Source: Infirmifilum lucidum (GTDB lineage: Archaea; Thermoproteota; Thermoprotei; Thermofilales; Thermofilaceae). Taken from it: a stretch of DNA of 32,000 nt. The notes under the pieces are model-generated. The model saw only the letters and a list, made by a program, of their open reading frames with translations, ran no database searches and was not told the DNA's origin. This document shows positions 25,243-32,000 of this stretch, in pieces (position 1 is the first letter of the stretch; every line of letters starts with the position of its first letter). The stretch spans positions 875,699-907,698 of the forward strand of contig NZ_CP062310.1 of the NCBI RefSeq assembly GCF_014876775.1. The letters run 5' to 3'. The position numbers were made by a program, and so were the translations under genes.

Positions 25243-26598
25243 ATGTGGTCTATACTTTACTACTTGAGGAATGACCCTGAAAAGCTGAGGTGGAACCTTA
25301 AGGCGCGCTTCATGGACACTTCTCTCGTAGACGAGGCTCTGAGAATTGATGAGAAGTGGCGTGTGAAGAAGCGAGAGTACGACGACGCTCGCCACGAATT
25401 GAACAAAATCTCCGAGCAGATAAGCAAGTTGCCTCCTGGAGAGAGGGAGAAGGCGGTAGCCGAGGCTAGGAAGCTAAGAGAGAAGCTACAAGTCATAGAG
25501 CGGGAACTGGTAGTTATTGAGAGGGAAAGAGAGGCCGTCCTGAGGAAAATTCCAAATGTTATACATGAAAGTGTTCCCATAGGCCCCGATGAGAGCTACA
25601 ACCTCCCGGTTCGCTATTGGGGCAAGCCTAAAGTACCTCGAGAGTTCGTTGAGGCCTTCCTGAAGGAAACAAGGGAAAAGGGCTTCGAAGTCGAGTATGA
25701 GGTCATCGACTGGAAACCCGTCGGGCATGCCGACTTCCTAGAGGGGAAGAGGCTCACCAGTACGGAGAAGGCGTCAGAGGTCGCCGGATCCCGCTTCTAC
25801 TACACTTTCGACGACCTGGTATGGCTTGATATTGCACTGACAATGTACGCGCTGGAGTACCTTGCAAAGAAGGGGTTCACTATACTACAGCCGCCACTCA
25901 TGCTTAGGCGCGAAATCCTCGAGGGCGTGATAAGCTTCGAAGACTTCAGGGACATGGTGTATAAGGTAGAGGATGAGGATCTATACCTCATAGGCACGGC
26001 TGAACACCCGATCGCCGCCTTCCATGCGAACGACGTCATACCAGAGAAGGATCTGCCCCTGCTCTACGCAGGTGTTAGTCCGTCTTTCAGGAAGGAGGCT
26101 GGAGCTCATGGAAAAGACATGAAAGGCATATTCCGAGTTCATCACTTCAACAAGGTCGAGCAATTCGTGTTCTCTCACCCAGACGAGTCCTGGGAATGGC
26201 ACGAGAGGCTGATCAGAAATGCAGAGGAGCTGTGGCAGGGCCTCGGCATACCTTATAGGGTTGTTAATATAGCCTCGGGTGATCTCGGTGTAGTTGCAGC
26301 AAAGAAGTATGATCTGGAGGCTTGGATGCCAGCGCAGGGCAAGTTTAGAGAAATGGTGTCCTGTAGCAACTGTACAGACTGGCAGAGCTATAGGCTAAAC
26401 ATCAGGTATGCTGAGGTGAAGGGCGCGCCTAGCAAAGGGTACGTCCACACCCTGAATAGCACTGCGCTCGCAATACAGCGTACAATTACAGCGATTGTTG
26501 AGAACTACCAAACGCCGGACGGTTACGTACAGGTTCCCACGGTTCTCAGAAAATATCTCGAACCAGTAGAGGCAAAACTGAGGGTTTTCGTTCTGTAG
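25243..26598 (+). CDS. serS: Seryl-tRNA synthetase
   Basis: An N-terminal coiled-coil arm, then class II motifs GTAEHPIAAF, FRKEAGAHGKD, RVHHFNKVEQF and NSTALAIQRTI. TATA gcttatattcgg lies ~28 nt upstream of the ATG. Confidence 0.95.
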   Translation: MWSILYYLRNDPEKLRWNLKARFMDTSLVDEALRIDEKWRVKKREYDDARHELNKISEQISKLPPGEREKAVAEARKLREKLQVIERELVVIEREREAVLRKIPNVIHESVPIGPDESYNLPVRYWGKPKVPREFVEAFLKETREKGFEVEYEVIDWKPVGHADFLEGKRLTSTEKASEVAGSRFYYTFDDLVWLDIALTMYALEYLAKKGFTILQPPLMLRREILEGVISFEDFRDMVYKVEDEDLYLIGTAEHPIAAFHANDVIPEKDLPLLYAGVSPSFRKEAGAHGKDMKGIFRVHHFNKVEQFVFSHPDESWEWHERLIRNAEELWQGLGIPYRVVNIASGDLGVVAAKKYDLEAWMPAQGKFREMVSCSNCTDWQSYRLNIRYAEVKGAPSKGYVHTLNSTALAIQRTITAIVENYQTPDGYVQVPTVLRKYLEPVEAKLRVFVL

Positions 26599-26607
26599 CT
26601 AGTTACC

Positions 26608-27759
26608 CTATTCTAACTTCAGTAGTGAGATGAAGAACCCCGGCGTGTCATTGTAGACAGGGTCGAACACAAGCCCCTCTACTCCGAAGAGGGGCCTGCG
26701 TAGCGGTAGAGGGGGGTTAAGCTTAACAGCTCTAAAACCCAACGTAGTTGCATAGAGGACGTTGAGTTCGTTCTCGTGGGGGGTCAGCGTGCAAGTCGTA
26801 TAGAGCAACAAGCCTCCTCTTCTCAATACCTTTGAGGCGGCATGCATAAACTGCCTCTGGTAGTCTGCAAGCTCGTAAACATCTGTGGCTTTCCGCGTAT
26901 AGTGTAGCTTCGGCCTCACACCTAGATTGGTACAGGGAGGATCCAGCAGTACGGCGTCGACGCTGCGTGGTTCTATAATATCAGGGATGTACCTTGAGTC
27001 GTACACCAGTGTCTTAATAGACTTAAGCCCCATGCGGCGTGCGTTTTCCTCGATAATCTGGACTTTCCTCCTTGACCTATCGACGGCTATAACCTCTCCT
27101 TCATCCCGCATAAGGATGGCCGCGTGTGTTGCCTTCCCGCCAGGCGAAGCGCACATGTCTAGTATTATCCAACCGGGCTCTGGGTTCAAGAGCCTAATGG
27201 AGACCATGCTTGGCAGGCTCTGGTGGTATATGACCCCTTCACCGAACAGTGGGTGCTCCCGAAGAGTCGGAACCTTGTACACTGAGCTCAGTACACGAAC
27301 TGCCAAGCCCCTCCTCGTTTCAAAGATCTCTGAGGGCTCCATCTCGAGGATACCTGAAGCAACCGGCTCACCCGACGGAGTTACCACAGTCACAAGGTCT
27401 CCTCTCTCAGCGTCAATAACCCTTTGAATGCCAGGAGCATATACGTTGGCTCCTACATAGACGCTTTCGGCAGTCCTCCAGTCGACAACGACCCTGCCCC
27501 TATATATCCGGACAGCATTGGGACCAGTAACCCTAGAGTAGGCAGCCTCCCTGACTACTGGATGCTGGAAGACTTCATACCCCTCTTCTCTTAGTCTAGA
27601 GACAACTTCTTCGGGGTTAGCCTTGAGCGTGTTTACGCGGAAAAAGTACCTCGAGCCAGGGCTCCTAAGAGCTTCTTCGAGCATGCTAACATGATGGGAG
27701 CTATAAAATGACTCTAGGTACTTCCTAAGGCTGTCCTCTAATAGGCTGGCGTAGGGCAT
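26608..27759 (-). CDS. RNA (cytosine-C5)-methyltransferase, NOL1/NOP2/Sun family with PUA-like N-terminal region
   Basis: [13 protein letters not shown] (SAM binding), [10 protein letters not shown] (PC motif) and [14 protein letters not shown] (TC motif); 383 aa. Confidence 0.85.
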   Translation of the reverse strand: MPYASLLEDSLRKYLESFYSSHHVSMLEEALRSPGSRYFFRVNTLKANPEEVVSRLREEGYEVFQHPVVREAAYSRVTGPNAVRIYRGRVVVDWRTAESVYVGANVYAPGIQRVIDAERGDLVTVVTPSGEPVASGILEMEPSEIFETRRGLAVRVLSSVYKVPTLREHPLFGEGVIYHQSLPSMVSIRLLNPEPGWIILDMCASPGGKATHAAILMRDEGEVIAVDRSRRKVQIIEENARRMGLKSIKTLVYDSRYIPDIIEPRSVDAVLLDPPCTNLGVRPKLHYTRKATDVYELADYQRQFMHAASKVLRRGGLLLYTTCTLTPHENELNVLYATTLGFRAVKLNPPLPLRRPLFGVEGLVFDPVYNDTPGFFISLLKLE

Positions 27760-27836
27760 CTAGAGTACCTATGAAAACAAAATTTATAAAGGCAGGTGTT
27801 ATTGACAAGTGGATAGATGAGCGATGGGTGAGCGAT

Positions 27837-28220
27837 ATGTCGAAAAAACCATTTTACGTGAAGTTTGAGGTGCCACAGGAGTTAGCAGAGAAAGCATACC
27901 AGGCTCTCTCAACGGCGAGAGAGAAAGGGGGCAAGATAAGAAAGGGTGTGAACGAGACCACAAAAGCTGTTGAGCGCGGCCAAGCTGTCCTAGTTCTAAT
28001 AGCAGAGGACGTAGACCCTCCAGAGATCGTTGCACACCTTCCTTTACTATGCGAGGAGAAGAAAACCCCCTACGTCTACGTCCCCTCTAAGGAGAGGCTT
28101 GGGAAAGCTGCAGGCATAAATGTTGCGGCGTCCTCGGCGGCTATCATAGATCCGGGTGACGCGAAGCCCCTAGTGGACGAGATAGCTCAGCAGTTGAGCA
28201 GGCTGAGGCTCTCGGCCTAG
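27837..28220 (+). CDS. rpl7ae: 50S ribosomal protein L7Ae (K-turn binding)
   Basis: [16 protein letters not shown]...[38 protein letters not shown] use ATG 27837; the 22-codon extension in the ORF track is not L7Ae-like. Confidence 0.95.
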   Translation: MSKKPFYVKFEVPQELAEKAYQALSTAREKGGKIRKGVNETTKAVERGQAVLVLIAEDVDPPEIVAHLPLLCEEKKTPYVYVPSKERLGKAAGINVAASSAAIIDPGDAKPLVDEIAQQLSRLRLSA

Positions 28221-28228
28221 AGACACCC

Positions 28229-28240
28229 TTTTCTTTTTCT
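28229..28240 (+). terminator. T-rich run after rpl7ae
   Basis: ttttctttttct lies 9 nt after the rpl7ae stop. Confidence 0.35.
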
Positions 28241-28248
28241 CGTACAAA

Positions 28249-28264
28249 AGTTTTTTAAAAAACT
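28249..28264. promoter_or_regulatory. Perfect 16-nt palindromic TATA element upstream of rps28e
   Basis: agttttttaaaaaact, centred ~33 nt upstream of ATG 28290. Confidence 0.4.
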
Positions 28265-28289
28265 GAGAGCTTTATGGGCTGGATCGAGT

Positions 28290-28508
28290 ATGGCTGATAA
28301 GTGGAGTGATGCCACTCCCGCTGAAGTCGTCCAGATAATCGGCAGGACTGGCGTTACTGGAGAAGTAACACAGGTTAGAGTTCGTGTCCTAGAGGGTAGA
28401 GACAAAGGAAGAATTCTCACCAGAAACGTTCGTGGACCTGTTAGAGTAGGCGATATTGTATTGCTACGCGAAACGGAACGCGAAGCCAGAAAACTCGCTA
28501 CAAGGTAG
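28290..28508 (+). CDS. rps28e: 30S ribosomal protein S28e
   Basis: [50 protein letters not shown] is the canonical S28e sequence. Confidence 0.95.
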   Translation: MADKWSDATPAEVVQIIGRTGVTGEVTQVRVRVLEGRDKGRILTRNVRGPVRVGDIVLLRETEREARKLATR

Positions 28509-28678
28509 CTCCCTTCTGCGGCCGCCTCCGGGCAGGGTTTTCGCCACTGCTCGGATCCAGTTCCTCTTCATCGTCCTGTGTAAGCTGCGGGCCTGGTGCA
28601 GCCGGCTCACTCAGAATCAGAGGCAGAAGGAGGGGTACAGACTATTAAGGCGTAGTATAGCCGTCTTACGTTCAAACG

Positions 28679-29290
28679 ATGTTATACTTTCGGTGTTTTC
28701 AAAATGAAATGTTGAAAGTGGGGAGCTCGGGAATAGATATCGTGATTATTCCGGAGCTAATAGAAACACTTCTTTACTCAAGTGTTGAAGTACCTTTAAC
28801 TGTAGTTAGAGAGAGTAAGGAGAACATAGCGGGGCTAGAGCTGAAGCTCAAGCCGGGAATGAAGCTAAAGCTGCAGTATATTTACGCAAGGGAGCTTATT
28901 GGTAAGGGCTTGGCCCAGGTAGATGTCGAGTCTCTGCCAGGAGTGCAAGCTTTGAGGAAGATGTGCTGGAACGAGGAGAAATCTGAGGGGTTATTGCCCT
29001 TGGAGGAGGGCTTCTATGTCAAGCTGAGCCTCTACGTGGCCCACCTTAGAAGCGAGGTGGAGAGGGGAAATAACAGTAAGGAGGCAGAACTAAGGCTTAT
29101 ACGGACAGCTGTCTCAGACCTCATCAGTCTACGGCTGAACAAGATAGTAAAGCTCGCGGCGTCGAGTAAACATGTTGACCGAGAGAAGATGAAGAACATG
29201 ACGTTCGAGGAGCAAGTGCTCTACTCGCAGCTGTGCAACATGATAAGCTCGTGGACTGACTCCATGAAGAAACTTGTAGGGGTGGTCTAG
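28679..29290 (+). CDS. gins23: GINS complex subunit (Gins23-type)
   Basis: 203 aa, lying directly upstream of mcm (the stop is 2 nt before the mcm ATG), as described for crenarchaeal gins23. The C-terminal region has the GINS-like helical motif MTFEEQVLYSQL. An alternative start is ATG 28709. The assignment rests largely on context. Confidence 0.65.
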   Translation: MLYFRCFQNEMLKVGSSGIDIVIIPELIETLLYSSVEVPLTVVRESKENIAGLELKLKPGMKLKLQYIYARELIGKGLAQVDVESLPGVQALRKMCWNEEKSEGLLPLEEGFYVKLSLYVAHLRSEVERGNNSKEAELRLIRTAVSDLISLRLNKIVKLAASSKHVDREKMKNMTFEEQVLYSQLCNMISSWTDSMKKLVGVV

Positions 29291-29292
29291 AC

Positions 29293-31386
29293 ATGGGTGT
29301 CCAGGTTGTTGTCCAGAGCATCCCACTTGTTGAGAGGATAACCGAGTTCCTCAAAGACTTCCACAGCAGTGATGGCCGCGAAAAGTATAGAGAGTTGGTA
29401 AGGAGAATGAGCGCTGAGAACAGTATCTCATTAGTCGTGGACTTCGAGGACATCCTAAGCTACGACAAAACATTGGCCGATGCTTTAATAGAGTCGCCTA
29501 CAGTGTTCCTTGAGGCCGCCTCGAGAGCTGTTTATGAAGTCATGAGTATCGAGAACCCCGAGTATGCTCAGAAAGTAAAAGACTTCCACGTGAGGGTAAG
29601 GGGGCTACCTGAGAGCCTCCACGTTAAGATAAGGGATATAAGGGCCAGGCATCTGGGGAAGCTTCTAGCCGTGGAGGGTATAGTTACGAAAATCTCCCCG
29701 GTAAAGCAGGAGTTAGTAGAGGGGATTTTCAAGTGCAGGACTTGTGGCTTTGAAATTACGGTTAGACAGGAGCCTGAAGGCTTTACTAAGCCGACGGTCT
29801 GCCCGAGATGCGAGGAGGAGGGTAGGAAGTCCCAAGGTTTTATCCTAGAAGTAGAGAAGAGCAAGTTCGTCGACATTCAGAAGTTTGTCTTGCAGGAGAA
29901 ACCCGAAGAGCTACCCCCAGGGCAACTGCCGAGGTCAATTGAGGTAATAGTAAGGGAAGACCTTGCCGACATCATACGCCCAGGAGACAGGGCTACAGTG
30001 ACCGGATTCATAAAAGTTGAAGAAGACAAGAAACTTTCGAAAAATACTCCCCCGATTTTTCACCCGTATATCGAGGCAAACTACATTGAGGTCGCAACAA
30101 AAGAAAGTCTTGACATCGAGATAACCCCGGAGGACGAGAAGAAAATCCTTGAGCTGTCCAGGCGTGGCGACGTTGAAGAACTTATACTGAACTCTATAGC
30201 CCCGTCAATATACGGCTACAGGGAGATAAAGAGGGCTATAGCTCTACTGCTTTTCGGCGGTGTTCCGAAGATATACCCGGATGGAATAAGAGTTAGGGGA
30301 GACATACACATCCTGCTCATAGGTGACCCTGGAACTGCCAAGAGTCAACTGCTCAGGTACGTTGCTAGCTTGGCGCCCAGGGGAATATATACGTCGGGTA
30401 AAGGTGCGTCTGCCGCAGGTCTAACGGCTGCAGTAGTACGGGAGAAGAATTCCGGAGAATTTTACCTCGAGGCAGGAGCTCTGGTTCTAGCGGACGGTGG
30501 TGTGGCATGCATAGACGAGTTTGACAAGATGGAGGCTAGAGACAGAGTTAGCATTCACGAAGCCATGGAGCAACAGACTGTAAGCATAGCCAAAGCGGGT
30601 ATTGTAGCTACACTCAATGCTAGGGCATCAATCCTGGCTGCGGCGAATCCTGTTTTCGGGCGCTACTTGACGGGTCGAAACATTTCTGAGAACATTGACT
30701 TGCCGGTTACTATTTTATCGAGGTTCGACCTTATATTTGTGATAAAAGACGTTCCAGACCGTGAGAGAGATAGAGAACTCGCACAATACGTCGTAGATTT
30801 CCACGGAGAGACGTACCCCGACCTTCTCAACAAGATTATCCCGCCTGACCTACTGAAGAAGTACATAGCTTATGCTAGGAGAAATATCAGACCGAAGCTT
30901 TCAGCCGAGGCAAAGAAGAGAATTGTTGACTATTATGTTGCAATGAGGGCTAAAAGTGAGGATCCAAGCTCCCCCATTGCCATAACTCCAAGACAATTGG
31001 AGGCGTTGATAAGACTCGCAGAGGCTAGGGCCAAGCTCCATTTTAGGACAATCGTTACCAGTGAGGATGCAGAGATCGCAATAGAGCTTATGGAATACTT
31101 CTTGAGGAACGTGGGCATAGACACTACAACTAAGACGATTGACATAGACACAATAATGACTGGCCAGCCCAAGTCGCAGCGTGAAAAGATAATAGCTGTT
31201 CTCGACATCATCAAATTCCTCGTTAAAGAGAACAATGGAGAGTGTGTAAGCATAGACGACGTAGTAAGGAATGCGGTCGATAAGGGAATCGAGGAGAGAT
31301 TTGTCAGAGAAATCGTTGAAAAATTCACCGAGAACGGGGAGCTAATGGAGCCCAGGAAAGGATGCATTAAACCGGTTAACCTTTAA
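29293..31386 (+). CDS. mcm: Replicative helicase MCM
   Basis: 697 aa. Seen are the Zn motif CRTCGFE...CPRCEEEG, Walker A LIGDPGTAKSQLL, Walker B ACIDEFDKM, the arginine finger LSRFDLIF and a C-terminal winged-helix tail. No intein-sized insertion. Confidence 0.97.
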   Translation: MGVQVVVQSIPLVERITEFLKDFHSSDGREKYRELVRRMSAENSISLVVDFEDILSYDKTLADALIESPTVFLEAASRAVYEVMSIENPEYAQKVKDFHVRVRGLPESLHVKIRDIRARHLGKLLAVEGIVTKISPVKQELVEGIFKCRTCGFEITVRQEPEGFTKPTVCPRCEEEGRKSQGFILEVEKSKFVDIQKFVLQEKPEELPPGQLPRSIEVIVREDLADIIRPGDRATVTGFIKVEEDKKLSKNTPPIFHPYIEANYIEVATKESLDIEITPEDEKKILELSRRGDVEELILNSIAPSIYGYREIKRAIALLLFGGVPKIYPDGIRVRGDIHILLIGDPGTAKSQLLRYVASLAPRGIYTSGKGASAAGLTAAVVREKNSGEFYLEAGALVLADGGVACIDEFDKMEARDRVSIHEAMEQQTVSIAKAGIVATLNARASILAAANPVFGRYLTGRNISENIDLPVTILSRFDLIFVIKDVPDRERDRELAQYVVDFHGETYPDLLNKIIPPDLLKKYIAYARRNIRPKLSAEAKKRIVDYYVAMRAKSEDPSSPIAITPRQLEALIRLAEARAKLHFRTIVTSEDAEIAIELMEYFLRNVGIDTTTKTIDIDTIMTGQPKSQREKIIAVLDIIKFLVKENNGECVSIDDVVRNAVDKGIEERFVREIVEKFTENGELMEPRKGCIKPVNL

Positions 31387-31424
31387 GCCCGTTAAATGTC
31401 TAGGATTTAGGTCTGCGGGTCGCG

Positions 31425-32000
31425 ATGAACGCCGCTGGATTAGACGTATTGTTAAAGTACTTTCCCCGGAGCTTCGTGGAGACTCTAAGTAAGAAACTTG
31501 GGATAAACCAGCTTTACCCCACTCAAGTGGAGGCTATAAAGAGTGGAGTGTTGGACGGCCGCGACATCGTCCTGTCGGCGCCAACAGCATCAGGAAAAAC
31601 CCTTGTAGCGGAGCTAGCCATGCTCAAGACACTAATAGCCGGGGGCAAGGCGCTTTACATGGCTCCACTGCGGGCTCTTGCATCTGAAAAATTCGAGGAA
31701 TTCAGCAGTTTTTTTGGTGTATTTGGCTATAGGACGGCGATAAGCACTGGAGACTTTGACAGCGACGACCCGTGGCTCGAGAAGTATGATGTCATCGTGA
31801 CGACTAATGAGAAAGCCGACAGCCTCCTGCGGCACAAAGCCAGGTGGTTTGACAAAATAACACTTCTAGTAGTAGACGAGATACACCTCATAGGTTCTGA
31901 TAAGCGCGGGGCGACGCTCGAAGTTTTTCTCACAAGGACAAAGCTTATGCCGAGAAGACCACAGTTACTTGGGTTAAGCGCTACTATTGGAAACCTCGAG
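31425..32000 (+). CDS. hel308: Hel308/Hjm (Ski2-like) DNA helicase, N-terminal 192 codons (continues past the window)
   Basis: Own translation from ATG 31425 gives MNAAGLDVLLKYF...LYPTQVEAI (Q motif), LSAPTASGKT (motif I), VVDEIH (motif II) and GLSATIGN (motif III). It is open to the window end. The start is 38 nt downstream of mcm. Confidence 0.85.
   Translation, partial: MNAAGLDVLLKYFPRSFVETLSKKLGINQLYPTQVEAIKSGVLDGRDIVLSAPTASGKTLVAELAMLKTLIAGGKALYMAPLRALASEKFEEFSSFFGVFGYRTAISTGDFDSDDPWLEKYDVIVTTNEKADSLLRHKARWFDKITLLVVDEIHLIGSDKRGATLEVFLTRTKLMPRRPQLLGLSATIGNLE

Noticed and set aside
28456-28707. ORF 28456-28707 (+), 83 aa, as a candidate rpl24e
   Set aside because: It starts at a TTG inside rps28e in another frame. 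Its sequence (…PPPGRVFATARIQFLFIVLCKLRAW…) lacks the L24e CxxC...CxxxC zinc ribbon. I kept the region as a finding, not as a gene.
3990-31367. Numerous antisense or alternative-frame ORFs inside large genes (for example 3990-4502, 10313-10717, 10867-11319, 17443-17937, 20832-21305, 26927-27427, 29124-29453, 30933-31367)
   Set aside because: Each is fully embedded opposite or out of frame to a gene with strong family motifs. Ser/Leu/Pro-rich compositions are typical of shadow ORFs.
15969-31386. Inteins or large insertions in reverse gyrase and MCM
   Set aside because: Lengths (1263 and 697 aa) are normal for the families. The motifs are contiguous, with no Cys/Ser...His-Asn splice-junction blocks interrupting the P-loops.
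1-32000. CRISPR arrays, transposases, integrases, prophage or plasmid remnants
   Set aside because: I saw no regularly spaced direct repeats and no IS-like terminal inverted repeats. There is no integrase next to either tRNA gene, and I did not notice a duplicated tRNA 3' half that would mark an att site.

Overview
This is a dense, mostly housekeeping chromosomal segment from a hyperthermophilic crenarchaeon. Markers are reverse gyrase, Gins23-MCM-Hel308, RpoE'/Spt4, the proteasome-exosome superoperon and eukaryote-type r-proteins. It looks Desulfurococcales-like, but the species cannot be identified by eye. I support 39 protein genes (2 truncated by the window edges), 2 tRNAs (His with an intron, and Gly) and 2 large structured RNAs on the minus strand that the ORF track hides under spurious ORFs. 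One is a well-supported SRP (7S) RNA. Directly downstream is a ~305-nt RNase P-like RNA with a non-canonical P4 region. Many genes have a TATA box 25-33 nt upstream of the start codon (leaderless layout), and convergent gene ends often overlap. I saw no CRISPR array, transposase, integrase or recognisable defence island. Five things are most worth a second look. (1) A DNA-type C5-cytosine methyltransferase (PCE instead of PCQ) is translationally coupled to a SPOUT-like protein, has no nuclease partner, and sits right after the two RNA genes. (2) The RNase P-like RNA. (3) A 170-nt GC-rich ORF-free structured segment occupies the place where rpl24e normally follows rpl7ae-rps28e. (4) A small non-housekeeping patch (84-aa protein, single-chain tandem AbrB/SpoVT protein, 140-aa helical protein) lies between an HDAC-family gene and serS. 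(5) A divergent TFB paralog has a 3' end that overlaps the dephospho-CoA kinase gene antisense by 147 nt. All functional calls come from motif recognition by eye; no database search was run.
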